DNA from: Entomortierella parvispora E1425
Lineage: Eukaryota; Fungi; Mortierellomycota
Direction: 5' to 3'
DNA: 64,000 nt
Assembly (NCBI GenBank): GCA_020891255.1
Contig: BQFW01000002.1
Coordinates: 2,294,001 to 2,358,000, forward strand
The notes beneath the pieces were generated by a model. That model was not told where the DNA came from, did not search any database, and worked only from the letters and a program-made list of their open reading frames with translations. Shown piece by piece: positions 12,796 to 26,600 of this stretch; the first letter of the stretch is position 1, and every line of letters starts with the position of its first letter. Both the position numbers and the translations under genes were made by a program.

Positions 12796-14616
12796 ATGAA
12801 CACTCTCGACAAGGTCCTGGCCATCCCCCACCTCGTCCGCTCCATCAGTGACAGTCTCACCTTCTCCGATCTCGCCGTCTGTCTGCGCGTCAACAGCGAC
12901 TGGCGCGCGCTCTTTTCTTTCGAGCTCGACTGGCGCGACCGACCGCAGTCATTATCGGTCAGAGATGCCTTCTATGTAACACCTTGGATCTACTGCGAGC
13001 TCGATGCGCGCAATCCCTCAAAGACCCCGCTAACCTGGCATCATATCAGGCGTCTGCTCCCAAGACCCTGGGACTACGATCTGGACGAGGATCTAGAGGA
13101 TGTGGACAACAGCGACGACAACAATGGCGACAACAGTGAGGTGGAGAAAAACAACGAAATAGAGACTGAGGATGCTGCCACCTTGATCTCTTGCCTTTAT
13201 TCTGACGATGACGACGACGATGATGATGACAACCACAGCGGCAACGGCAACGATAGAGACAGATCGCTGGAAGATGCCAACGATCCAACAGTCAAATCGA
13301 TGAAGATTGCCCAAAAGCTACGAGATCGACTCGCTTATCTCCCGCCCTTGCTACATCTCAAGGTGCTGCCAGGTGATGACCCTCGAACCCACCTCCAAGA
13401 ACCAGCCCTTGCTCAAATCCTGCTTAACCTCCCGCCCACGATCCAATGCTTGGAGATTGAGATGACAGATGAAGTGAGGGACGATGATGAAATTGAACAA
13501 AACAGCTCCTTCTCGTTTGCTCACCATCTCGGCGGAGAACGGGACCACCAAGCACTGAAATCATTGCAAGTTAAATTTGGCTATCTAGCTAGCAGTCTGC
13601 CTTACTTGAATTGGTTCCTCCTGCGGTGCTGTCCAAACTTGAAGCGCCTCCGGCTCGAAAACATGAGTCATATTCGAAGGGGCTTCAGTTGGCATGGGCA
13701 AGATGAGGAGCCTGACCTGCCGACACTGGAACACTGCCCAAATTTAAGTGAGCTAGAGATGGAAGGTCCATTTAATGGAAGGTCGGTTCAGAAAACTATA
13801 AAGTCCATCAGGAAGTTGAAGATCCTAAGCCTAAAGTCCGTGCGAACGCGGTATGGACTACAATGGATGGCCTTGAAAGGATCGGCGGCGACTTTAGAAT
13901 CAGTTACATTACAACGTACAGCCATCCCTAGTGCAACTTTACAAGCCATCCTTGTCAACTGTCAGGGACTTCAACGTCTTGTCATTGAATCTGCGCCTGG
14001 CATGCCTGTCAAAGCATGGCTTTATATTAAGGATTTAGTCGAGTCGCCTTGGATGTGTTTAGGCTTGAAGACTCTTTCCCTACCTTTGGCAGAGAGCAGT
14101 ATATCAAATCATGTCGATCAGAGCAATGGCGTTGATAATGAATCTCTAGAAAGGAGTCGACAACTGCTGGTTCGTAGGACATACCACCAACTGAGCCGCC
14201 TTACCGCGCTAGAGTCTCTTAAAATATGTGTTTTCCGAGAACAGGAAAGAGGTGGCGTAGCTTTTCCGAGCTGGGACTGGAGTACAGTCGGGTTGGATTT
14301 CTCAATAGAATCTGGTCTCGACATATTGTCGACCTTGAAACGATTGAAACGACTTGCCTTCTATGCTGATCAGCCTGGCCAGCCCTTCCGGCCCCAATTT
14401 GGTCAAGCAGAGGTGGAATGGCTTGCGACACTTAGTTTAGATCATTCTCTTCCCCAGGGTAGTTCATGGGCTAATTGGCCAGAACTAACAGAGATTGAAT
14501 TAGGAACTCGTCCACCAGCGGCTGTAATGGAGGGCCAGGTGAGGCAAGAGACGCTCTCTTGGAAATGGTTGCAAGAACGTCGCCCTGATATTATCGTATC
14601 GTGGGTATCATCGTAG
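12796..14616 (+). CDS. Intronless F-box/RNI-like LRR protein of the family expanded in Mortierellaceae
   Basis: MNTLDKVLAIPHLVRSISDSLTFSDLAVCLRVNSDW (F-box-like), LRR-like segments (CPNLKRLRL, CPNLSELEM) and C-terminal LDFSIESGLDILSTLKRLKRL. Confidence 0.75.
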   Translation: MNTLDKVLAIPHLVRSISDSLTFSDLAVCLRVNSDWRALFSFELDWRDRPQSLSVRDAFYVTPWIYCELDARNPSKTPLTWHHIRRLLPRPWDYDLDEDLEDVDNSDDNNGDNSEVEKNNEIETEDAATLISCLYSDDDDDDDDDNHSGNGNDRDRSLEDANDPTVKSMKIAQKLRDRLAYLPPLLHLKVLPGDDPRTHLQEPALAQILLNLPPTIQCLEIEMTDEVRDDDEIEQNSSFSFAHHLGGERDHQALKSLQVKFGYLASSLPYLNWFLLRCCPNLKRLRLENMSHIRRGFSWHGQDEEPDLPTLEHCPNLSELEMEGPFNGRSVQKTIKSIRKLKILSLKSVRTRYGLQWMALKGSAATLESVTLQRTAIPSATLQAILVNCQGLQRLVIESAPGMPVKAWLYIKDLVESPWMCLGLKTLSLPLAESSISNHVDQSNGVDNESLERSRQLLVRRTYHQLSRLTALESLKICVFREQERGGVAFPSWDWSTVGLDFSIESGLDILSTLKRLKRLAFYADQPGQPFRPQFGQAEVEWLATLSLDHSLPQGSSWANWPELTEIELGTRPPAAVMEGQVRQETLSWKWLQERRPDIIVSWVSS

Positions 14617-14687
14617 AGTCATATTAATAATCCTTCAGATATTTAGTAAATTCTTTATGTAATAAAGAAGAGAGAACAGGAGCGTGA

Positions 14688-17600
14688 CTAATGGGGGTCT
14701 GTCCTGGTACTCGTAGAAGACGATAACGGCGGGGCGGCCAAATTAGAAGGAAAATAATTTGGTCCGCTAGGAGTTGGATTCAATGTCGTCGTCGTTGTGG
14801 ATGTTTTTGTTGATGTCTTTGTTTGGAGCATGGGGCCGAGCAGTGAGTCCATCTGAAGGCCCTGACCCCAATCTGCATCTCCCTCCAATACCAAGGGGCT
14901 AATTGGTGCCGTGGATATAGAACCGGGAGACGATAACACTGTCAAGGACGGTTGTGTCACACTGGAAACATTTCCTTTCAGTCCTGCTCCTGTACCTGCG
15001 ACTCCCATCTCATGTCCACTAGTAGTAGAAACCGAAAGACTGTTCGCAGCTAAAGGTGAACTGATCATAGTCACAGAGGACATGGGTCTCAACAGAGAGC
15101 CCTCTTTTCCTCCAGTCCCTAGACGATGAGAAAGGGCGGATGTGGTCGGAAGAGAACCGGAACCAGACCCACCATCTCCAGACAGAGGTGATGACGAGAA
15201 CTGTTGCTCTGCAGTCGAATTTGAAGTCCCTACACTGATGGCGCTTCCTCGTCGACCCATGAACCCGATACCAATTCCTCCGTGACTTGATCCTAAGAGA
15301 CCATCCTCCAATTGCTGCTGCTGCAATTGTTGTCCAAGACTTCCACTACTCGACTTTTTAGTGGGCACTCCATGACCACTATTGTGGCTGCTACTGGGAC
15401 TTGACCGCTTCAACATCATGGAGATCATTCCAGGACCCATCGACTGCAAGGTCAAGCTAGTTGTGCTCCCATTTCGGGACCCTGCTCTAGAGCCCGATTT
15501 CGAATTATCACCAGATCCGGACCCTGACGATATTGGAAAGGAACCGAAAACACTGTCTTGGAATTTTGATGCTGAGGAACTCGATAAAGTTGGAGCTGGA
15601 TCAAAGTGCCTAGAGTTTCCTCCATCCACTATAACTCCAGAATCTAAAGGGTTCGCGGAAGTTACGGCAGCAGCCGCCACAGTTGCGGAGCTCGATCTCG
15701 ATCTGGACTTGGATCGCGCTCGGGACAACGTTGCTCCGAGTCCAAGAAGGTAGCCTCCTCCGCTACTGCTGCTAGTGCTGCCTTCTCTTCGGCTGCTACT
15801 ACATCGTCGGCCACCACCGCCACTGCTGCTTAGCCCTGCTATGGCACCACTGATAGTCGCACTGGTACTGGATTGTCGTCGTGATGGGGCGGACGATGAT
15901 TCCAGATGTCCTGATCCGGGTGAAAAGAAGCCGTTGGGTAGAGCGGAAGTGGCTGTATTGCCTCCACCTCCTCCACCTGTGGAAAGAGCTCCATTGTGGC
16001 TGCCCCCAGTACCAATGCTCAAAGATTGAATAAGCATGGACTTGAGGTTCCCGCCTGAGGATCCGTGCCCAAGGGAAGGTGGTGGATAAACGCTTGTAGG
16101 GGAGGCAGCAAGCGTTGGCCCAGGATCCAATGGACCGATCATGGACGAAGATGACATGGTCTTGGCGGCTCCCATGCAGCCCAATTCTTCGTTTGCTGAT
16201 GCGGAGGGCATCTGGGAATTAGCATGGCCGCTGCTGCCGCCGCTGTTTTGGGCAATAGTTGTGGCGTTCATCATAGCGGCCTCCATGTTCACATCATTTA
16301 AGAGCGTGACATTCTTGTACGAAAAACTCTCGAATTCGGACTCGATGCTAAGAGATCGTTGCATCATCATTCCTCCCTCCTCAAAATCCTCGTCATCGAG
16401 ATGATGTTGATGAGTTCGCGTGGGATGACCTGGGTTCTGCTGATGATTCGCCTGGGAACGCTGAGGCGACGACTGTTGCTGTTGCTGTGACTGACCTGCT
16501 AAAGCCATACATCTCTCTTGCTCTTTCGAAAGGGATCGAGAATGTCGACGAGATATAGACTGAGCGACTTCCTTGGCTATAGAGGCCATCGTCTCCCTCT
16601 GATTCTCCTCTTGATCTGCTGGCTGCTGCTGATGATGACTCTGTTGCCATGGTTCGGCCCAAGAGATGGCCGCAAATCCATTTCGCAGACCGCTTTGGGA
16701 ACTGGGCTGATGTTGCAACTGAGCATAGGATTTAGGGTCACTATCCTTTCGGCTTGGTGTCCTTGGCGGCGGCATGTCTGTGAGAATCGGTGATTCTGTC
16801 ATTACTGCAGAGATAACCGAGGAAGATGAGGGTGAGGTCGATAATGTTTGAGCTGGCTGAGACCCTCCTCCAGGCTGCAGATGAGGTGAATGTTCCGTCA
16901 CAACCGAGCCTAGTCCAACGACTGAAGGCGAGATCTCTCGATTAAATGTCACAGACGATTGCCTTTGATGGTCCTTGCCCCGGGCTGATGTCTCGTTTGT
17001 TGCAGCGTCGAGAGTTGCAGAGGTCAAATTGTGTCGAATTTCTCTTGGCCTTGCTGAATTGGAAGAATGGCTATCCGAGCTAGTGCTGCCGCTGTTCTGA
17101 CCGCTCCTATCGCCCCTACCTTCCTGGAAATTGGCCTTCTCTGACCATCTCTCGCTTACTCGTTCATAAGACGGTTCTGGATAAAAGCCTTCGTCACTTG
17201 TTGCAGGATGTTCATGGTCATGCTCATACAAGCTGGCCAATGTACATCTACTCTCGCTCGGCCACATCGTCGCCACACCGCCTCCTCCGAGTGATCTTGA
17301 GGTTGACAACTCACGCCCTCCTGAGAAATAGCCGCTGCCACTGCGTCCTCCAGAGCCAGCTGTTGAAGGACCTAAACCGGATCCTCCAAAACTGAAATTA
17401 CTTCCAGATCCTGCAGAGTATCCACTTTGATGACCGGAAGAGGATGCGAATGAAGGCGACTGGTGATGGTGGTGGTGGAAGCTTAAAGCACCGCCCAGGG
17501 ACTGGGGCTGTTGCTGATGACCCTCAGTCCTGGAAAGCTCGGCCTCAATCTGTCTAGCCAACGGAGATCCCAGAGGCTGCTCTGCTAGAAAAGGAGGTGT

Positions 17601-20600
17601 AGTGTAAGCTCCATGGTTGTATCCAGCAGATGAATCTCCATTGAATCCACTGGACAAAACTTGGGTGTTACTCCTATGAATTGATGAAGAGGAGTAGGAA
17701 GAAGAGAACGAAGAGTCGACGACTCCGATCATGGTCGTGGCCGCTGCAGAGGCTGTGGCAGATGGGGAGAAGGACACACGATTCGACACAGACTTGGACC
17801 GACCATGGTTCATAAGTCGAGGACGAATAGTTTGGATGGAAGCCCGATCGGTCGCTGCTACAGTGGAAACCGATCTTATTGACGGGGAGGTAGACGCCAC
17901 AGTGAATGCAGGTGAGGTCGGAATGGGCGATTGCTGCTGATTCTGCTGCTGGGGCTGTGTCAGTTGGGGCTGTAACTGCGATGAGATGGACATTGCCGAG
18001 GGAGAATCTGATAACCTCCGTAATGAGTCATCTTGCGATGGCTGCTGAGGGACTCGAAGAGCAGATGCGCCAAGGGTCTGTGCGTCATCGCTATGATCAG
18101 GTCCAGCCACATTCCCTGAGGAGATGTCAGTAATGTTTCCATTGGACAATCTTCGAATATCTGGACGGGCATTACGGGCTTTTACATGTTGATCAACGCA
18201 ATGAGCAATGAGCAGTTAGTAGATTGCTTCTTTTCTCTGCTGTAGCACGGACCATTCGTTCTGAGATTACCATCAAAGTAGCTAGTATCCATGTTGTCGT
18301 TAGGTGCAGGAATGAATGGTGCTTCCTGGCTCCGAATGTTATCCCAATCCACTCCTCGAAAGAAGGGGTGGGCCTTGAGCTCTGAAGGGGATGGTCGGTG
18401 AGAAGGCTCTCGGTTTAACAATCTGTTAATAAGGTCGTGGGCTTCCCAAGAAAGACTCTCCTCGGGCCATTGAATATCTACGATCGAAGAATGGCATAGA
18501 ATACAGTTAGTAGGATCCCTCGGACAAAATAAAATTCAAGTGAGACAGGGTTAGCAGGAGCAATACTTACCATGGTTAAGAATGTTCTTGAAGATCGCTT
18601 CTGGAGCCTCGTCCATGAAAGGGGGGTATCCTGTCAAGAACTCGAACAAACATACTCCGAGGGACCACCAATCAACAGCCGCTCCATGACCAATTCCAAG
18701 CAGCAGCTCTGGCGCCAGATAATCGGGGGTTCCTAAAAGAGCCTTGCTACTAGCACGGTGTCTTCTGGATGAAATCCTGGACGAAGTACCGTTGTTAGTG
18801 TTGCCGTGGTTCAAGGAAGGCGGATGCTGATGATGGTTGTTCAGGTGGACCGAGCTCTGGGGGGACGTTTGTGTCACTGAGAGATGAGAGGCTGTTGAAG
18901 ACTCGCCAGCTGTTCCTGCGGTAGGCCCCTGGTGATGATGCTGTTGATTGGAACCAGATCTCGACGACATATGGCGCCTTGCCAAGGAAGGGGCCTTGTA
19001 CTCGTGCCAACTGAACATGTCGTTTTGATCTGGGACTGTAATTCGACTAAGCCCAAAGTCCGTGAGTTTGATGTGGCCCTCTGCATTGATCAGCATGTTG
19101 TCAGGCTTGAGATCTCTGTGCGTTATCCCGTTCGAATGCAGATATTCCAAGGCAAGAACACATTCGGCAATGTACATCTTGGCCATGTCCTCTTCAAAGG
19201 ATCCGAAAACAGCCAAGAGGGAGGAGAGATCGCCACCAATGACGTACTCCATGACCAAGTAAAGATAATCCTTGCTGGCGAAGGCGTAGAACAGCTGCAC
19301 CACAAAAGGCGTTCGCGTCAGGGCAAGGACACGTCTCTCTGCCAGGACATGGTTCACCATGTTCTTGCGGACCATATCTGCTTTTTTGAGGATCTTTATC
19401 GCATACAGGTCCTTTGTGGTCTTTTTGCGGGCCAGGTAGACCTTGCTGTTGTTTCCACAAAAAAAATGAAGCGTTAATGTTTGATCCAGCATGGATAGAG
19501 TCCATTCTTGGCATCATGCGAATGAAGCCCTTAATTAAAGATGTGCTTACCCAAACGCTCCGCGACTGATGGGCTTGATGATCTCAAAGTCCTGGATGCT
19601 TGGCACTCGGCTCTTGTACGCTGGATTCGACCCAAAAGGTGGAGATAAGACTCCTCCGCCAAGAGCACTGGCGGCACCTCCACCACTCAAACCACTCTGG
19701 GCATTCCCGGATCCGGAGCCAGAGCTACCCCCACCATTTCGATTTGACTCCACATCAGGCTGCCCATTATAGTTCGCAGGTGCCCCTGTGATCTGTCCAT
19801 GTCCGCTGCTACTGAGACTGTTTCCGCTTTTAGAAGATTGATTCGCGAGGTTGTTGTAACTGTTTATCCTCTGACGAGATACTCGTAAGAAGGCCGCAAA
19901 GATAGTACTGAAGTTTTTGCTTGGCTTTGACTCGGAATGGGTGGCGGTTGGCGTAAGTGGAAAAACATTTTGGTTCTTGGATCCCTTCTTCCCTGCAATG
20001 GAGGTGGAGCTGCTGGTAGTTTGGATCGGAACCGATGGACTGTAGCTGTTGCTGTTGCCTCCGACTCGATGGCCCTGAGTTGACAGGTCAACATCTATAT
20101 AACCATTGTTCGATCAACATTAGTCAGCGGCCGCTAACACTGCACACTAACATTCATCATGACCCACAAGACCGCCACTTACCATTTGCAGAAAAATCTG
20201 ATCCGGCACTCTCGCGTCGGAGATGCAGAAACTGTGAACTCTGACTCTGTCCAATCCCACTTCCAAGCCAGGGCTGATGTGGACCACCAGCTGCCTGACC
20301 ATAACTTCCACTAGGATTAGCCCTTTGCTTTCCTGAAAGACCGGTCATAGTCTGCGAGGAATGTAACAGTGGCAATGGAGGCTTGGTTGTAGAACGAGAT
20401 CCCTCCTTGTTCTTGGATTTCTTTTTCCTTCCACCCCAGAACGAGGTTGAGGTAGTCATCCTGGTCAGTATGGGCGGTTGGCTCAGGAAATCACTCTGCG
20501 AACTGATGGCACTGGCACTCTGAGAACGAGATACCACAGTGCTTGCAGAATGAAATCCATCCAGATCTGACGTGGTCAATGAAGAAGAGATGATTGATGG

Positions 20601-23600
20601 AGTGACTGTCGCCCCTGTAGTCACAGAGACCGCAGCACCATCCCTCGCTGTCAACAAGGCGAGCTGATCTTGAATCGTCTGCATAGTCAACAACTTTTCT
20701 CGGATGACATGCGCAATCTTCTTGGAAATACTTAACAGTTCCTTGTCGTAATGAGGCTCGGACGATTGTGACGACAAAGCATCTCCTTGTTGCTGCGACT
20801 GATCCTCGTCGTCCTTTTGCTGGAATGAGTGCTGGGGCGATGAAGCCTTCAAGATAATGCTAATGCGGTGATGGTACTTTTCCAGCTTGTGCACAGCATG
20901 CCGAGGATTTGTCTCCAAGACTCTTGACGACTTTTCTGCCAGGGACTGGATCTTTTCTGAATCTTCCAGGCTGTGATAATCTACATAGGGTCGATTCAGA
21001 GCTTCGATCGAAGCTCTCCTCTGTATGACGCAGAGACTTAGCTTGCTCAGTGCATGGTTACAAGACTCGAGCTTTTGGCTGCACTCGTGCTGCAGTTTAC
21101 AAGTCTCGCTGTGTCGGTCCAGTAACGAAAGCAAGATCTCTTCATCACAGATGCGACAAACAGTCAGGTTGGCACCGTGATCTGGCGTTGCTGACCCTGT
21201 AAATAAATAGAAGAGAATACGCGTGTGTTAGTAGCCGCAGATACCCTCGATTAACCCTTTTTCTTCCTGTATCACTCACCAGACATCATCGACATCATGT
21301 GGCCAGATGTCGCTGTATCGATCGTCTGTGACCTTGTTAAGGCTATGTTACTTGCAGACGGGGTCGTTGTGGATGAGGCAGCCATTGAAGATCGATGCCG
21401 AAGTCCAAAAGGATTGGATTTCGAATGGGTAGGCCCAGACACTCCAGCGGATAAGGGCGAGGACAATGGCCCTGGAGACAAGGGTGAGTGGGGCGAAGGC
21501 TGAGAGGATGGCGATGAAGACAAGGGTGAGAGAGCATGATCATGCAAGTTGCTATTGCTATGGATAGTCAATTGCTGCTGTTGTTGATTGAACATGGACT
21601 TGATCGACTTGAATAAACTGAGTGCAGATCCCTTTCTATCCGTGGACCGTTTGGATTTGCCCCCAGGGGCTCCTTGGCTGCTGCCCACTGCCACACCAGA
21701 ACTGTCACTTTCGCTCGCTGCATCTTTGCTATCGTATCGCTGCAGTCCCGACTCAAATGAGCGGAGTGAGGGCGAGCTCTGATCTGTGGATGATGCTGCC
21801 ACAGCCAGGGAACGATGAGCCAAATGTGAAGGCGCGGAAGGACTCGCCGGACCAAAAACACCCTGATTCGCCGGCTTTGAATCTTTAGATCCCGAAACAA
21901 CAGCATCCTTATGGACCGGAGAGGAGGAAAAGCTAGCTTGCAGTATACTAGGGGTAGCGGTCTTGGTGTCCGACGGGGTGACTCTCGAAACAGGAGGGGC
22001 CGAAAGCCGCTGCCGCGGAAGAGGTGGTAAGGTCAACAGAGTTGATGCCGCCCCTTGAGGAGTCGATTGAAGCTGAATCTCGCCTGCTGAAAATGCATGG
22101 GCATGCTTTGCTACAACACATTGAGATGGAGACAAAGCCTCACTCTTGGACGCGAGATGCTGCTCCAAAGAGGACCGTACGATCTGCTCTGGGGACTGGT
22201 GAAGAACTTTTGTAACCGCTTCTCGGGCCGATTCGCTCAAAGTGGAACCTTGTGTCGTGGACCGTACATGCGACCTCTCCTTGGAGTGTCCTACCATTGA
22301 GCCTGCCCCAATTGGGCCATCTTTGTTGTCCTCTACCGTTGTAGCAACAAGACTTGGAGATGCTGTTTCGACTACCGGCATCGCTGGGGATGGCAAGGGT
22401 GACCAGTCTAGATACGAGAAAGAGGAGCTCTGTGGATCCATGAGCTGCAAGTTTCCAGAGGGCAACTCGGGTTGATTATTCTGGTAATCCTCGATTAAAT
22501 GTTGTTCATGCTATGTTTGAAAAGTGTAACATGTTAGTATTCCCCTAGTTGTTTCTCGTCATAAGAGACCTTGTAAGAACTAAATAATCGTACCAATCGC
22601 TCTGCAAGTCGACAAACAGGTGCAAATACATAAACGAGCTTTGTCAATAGGTCCTCCGCCTCAGCATTTCCGACGGCCATTCGCCGCTGTCGGTCCATCA
22701 GTGTCTGGAGTGACTTCATGTTATCGACAGCCTTGAGCGGATAATCTATGATGGATGACACTGTCGTGTTCAAGATCCGTTGGGCGATGCACTCGATTGA
22801 GATCAACAGCGTTGTATGAGAGCTGGCTAAGATGGTAGGGGGCCAACTGTTTGAGGCTATGATTCTCCTCGACATAATAGATTTCTTCCGGGAAGACGAC
22901 CGGAGATTACTTCCTTCTGCCGCTGCTGATGTAGTTGGGGCCATAGCTCTAGCGCCAGGTATGTCCATTGGAGGAGTTGTGCTCGAAGAATGTGTCTTCT
23001 CGGTTGCGTCTAACCCAATATCGCCAACTTTCTCTCGATCCTCCTTGAATCTGCCAACAGCAGTGAACACATCTGCTGACGCTCCAGGCAGAATCGAGGC
23101 TTTTCTTGAAGCTGAACCCCTCCGACGAAAGCTGCCCTGCGGTGATGACAACTGCTTAACTGATCCTTGATTCTTCAAGGATGGAACTCTTTCCAATGGC
23201 CCGATGCTGGCCTCAAAGATGCTCCCTCTTGTTCTTCCAGGAGGCAGAGGCGCCGGAGATTCCTGAAACATATTCCATTGTGGATCTGGATCTGTAATGC
23301 AGTCTTTGGGGAACCACCTGGAGTCAATGAACGGGTCTGTAGCGTCATCCTGTTGCTGAGACTGATCATAGATCGCCGAGGTCATCTCCCTGTCCTGTTT
23401 ACACTCGTACCAACCATCGAGGACAATGTGGATCTCAGTGTCGCTCTTGGTCTTCGCTCGGATCATCTCGTGAATCAGAGCGTTGGCAGCGTTGAGCTCA
23501 TTTGTATCATCCATATAGCCGATCTGAGAAACAAGGTTATGGGGTGCGTTGGCTGAAAGATCAGGAAAAAAAGCGGGCAGGGAGCTGGATGTCACTATCG

Positions 23601-26600
23601 GTGTACCTCCATAGGCGCTAAGTGAAGGTGACGACAATAGTCTCTCAGGCCTTCCTGATCCAGGTCCATTGTATGAGGTAGTGGTGTGGTCTGAGTCGTA
23701 TTCAAGCCGACGTGGAGTCCTCGGGGGGTAGTGATAACCGCGAAACTGCTCCGTCTGCTTTTGTTTTAAATCTTCGTCCACATCAGAGTCGGACATGACT
23801 CGATCAATCGACTTTTTCCGCCCGAACGACCTTACACCCCAACAGTCCGAGTCGCTGTCGGTTGTGTAGTAATTCTCTTGGTCAGATGCAAGCACACGGG
23901 CGAGTCGTGACTTTGGTGATCCTTGAGGGGAGTTCTTAAACATTTGCCCGCTCAGGACATACACTGAGTGATGTCGTTGGTAGGACGATGGTGATGAAGC
24001 GATAGAAGAGGTCCTCCTTCCTGTAGGGATATCTGTGGGCAATGCCGAGCCAGGCACAGAGTAAGGCGAAGGGATGTTCGCAGCCACTGGAGATGTTGGT
24101 GGCGATGAATCGTGCTCCTCTAAATTTGATTTTTGCGAATCCACGGATCTATTCAGACGCCTCTGTCTCTGTCTCGCCTGAGCCCGACCCTGCGATGAGC
24201 TGAGATGAACAGGCAAATGTTGCTGACGGTACTTGCTCTGACTCCCAGGCCGTGTCGATGCGGAGCCCGCTGGTCCTGTTGATTCTACTGACGACAGAGT
24301 GAGTGACTGAGATGCTGGTAAATCTCGGTCAGCCTGCTCTCTTTGGTGACTCTGCTGTTGCTGCTGCTGCTGCTGCTGCTGCTGATCGCTTTGAGGCTGG
24401 GATCCAGAACTGTCGCCTCCTGATCCATTGTCTGGACCAATGCCTGACCCATTGCTGTCAATTGAAGATCGACCCTGGGCAATGAGCGAGCGCTGAAGGT
24501 GACTCGATGTCACTGTGCGCTGGTGATCTTCCAGAAAGTGTTCGTCATCGTCACCCGACTCAGCGGGACTCTCGGCACCCATGACGTCGTAGCTCTTTTC
24601 TCTGGAGACAACGTAGCTTACTGATGGTTGCTGCTGGCTGTCCACAGTCAAGTTTTCCACTGAAGATTTCCCGTCGCCGCTCTCAGACTGGTTCATATCT
24701 GGGTTGAAGACGTTGGAGAGAGGTGACTGGATCTTTTCCTGGTTCGACAAAGATCTTCTCAGTCGTGCCTTCCAGTTGATGCTTGAATGAGGAGAGGAAA
24801 CAGATGAAGCCGAGGACATGAGAGGAGACCCTGAGATTGGTGAGGGTGACCCAGAATCGCTCGAGAGACTGGGGCTATACTGATGGTGCGGATGAAGAGG
24901 GTGATGAGGAGGTTGTGGACTATCCAAGCTCGTCGTGTTCAGTTTGATGTTGACTGGCGACAGTCGAAGCTTTGCACCAGACGAATGACCAAGCGACCCC
25001 TTTTTGACAAGCAACGAAGACAGCGATTGAGATCCGGAAGAACTGTTGTTGCCATTGCCTCCGCTATTAATATCCAAGTTATCGTCGCATGCAAGAGAAT
25101 TTGAGCTGGAGACCATGGAAGCGCTGCTGGTACTGGACTTGAACTGGTGCCATGAGTTGTTGCGAGAGATTGATTTTTGGGGCTCTTGTGTTGAGAAGTT
25201 CAGACTGGAGGATGGAGATAAAGTCTGAGTCTGGTTGGCTGGGGTGCAGGGAGTCGCTTGCAAAGGACCCTGCTGCTGCTGCACACGGGGCGAGGAGGCA
25301 GTATTAGCAGACACAAACGCAGTACTGACCGAAGCAGTAAGTAGTGAACTGTCTGCTGATCTAGATGAGGGTGTTTTCGACGGCACAGACGGCAGCAATG
25401 ACGATGGGGAGGAGGAAGAGGTTGTCTCTGCTCCCAACGAATGAACGGTGGTGGCGATCGGACTAGAGAGCGATCCATTGTCATTTTGTGAAGATGCATT
25501 GGCATTACTGCCATTGCCTCCTCCGCTTCCCGACCCGCTTCCTGTCGCTTTAAGTTGTGTCTGAAGCAATGATCTGTATGCCGATAAGCTGATATCTGCC
25601 CGAATTTGCTCAATCTCCTCTGGATTCGAAGCTGCTGTTGCTACGGGCCCTGCTGATGGCGAACTCGAGGAAGACCAGATATTTTTCTCTGAGGAGACAG
25701 CTGTACTAGGAAGAGTGGATGACGGTGACAGCTCCAAGGGTGCAGATATTGGGGTCGCTGTCGCCCATGCTCCATATCCCTGCCCTGGTCCTAGGGAGCT
25801 TTTTGTGGTTTTTGATGACATACTGTTGGATCGAGCTGACCGAGGAGCTGGCGGCAATGCAGCACTGGCAGGACACGTATCTGGTCCACTGGAAACTTCA
25901 CCGGCTAAGGATGGCAATGCTGAATGTGATTCCATGACAGAAGGCAAATATTGAAAAAGGGTAAGAAAATGCAGAGGTGTTAATGTCAATTCCAAATTTC
26001 CTCCAGAGCAGATTTGTAGACGTAAGCATGGACCACAGTTGTGCCATAGTCTAAATGAGCCCCTCCTGACATAACAGGTCTTTTTGTTCGATGCTACGGA
26101 ACAAAGACCCAATGCTCGCTTTTTCTCGACTTTGTTGAGAGTTGTGAACCGACTTTGCCTCCAGTTTCAATTCCTGTGCAGTGCACGGTTGCAGAGTTGC
26201 ATGTCTGTCCTGCACTGTGCACATTCCTGCGTCGCATCCCTTGCCTCTCTGATCTGACTTACCAGGCAGAGCTTTTTCGCGTGATGGATCGAGTCGCCCT
26301 AGCAACTGACTATTTTGGAGGTGCTCTTCAGGAAAGGACTCAATTACGGCTGACAGTGCTGCGTTCCGGCGACTCGTAGGAGATGTCGTAGTCGGACTTC
26401 CTATCGCTTTGACGGATGAATTAGCCCCGTCTGTGGATACCATCTCTAAGTTGGCCAGTGTTGTTCGATCTGATACCACCGAGCGGGTCTCTTTTGGATG
26501 CTCATGGGGAGGTGAAGTGGAAAGTGTGTGGGATCCTCCTAAGCCCGCCGAGTCGTTCAGCCTCGGACTTGGCCCAGAACGTATCCTGCCACGATAAGCA

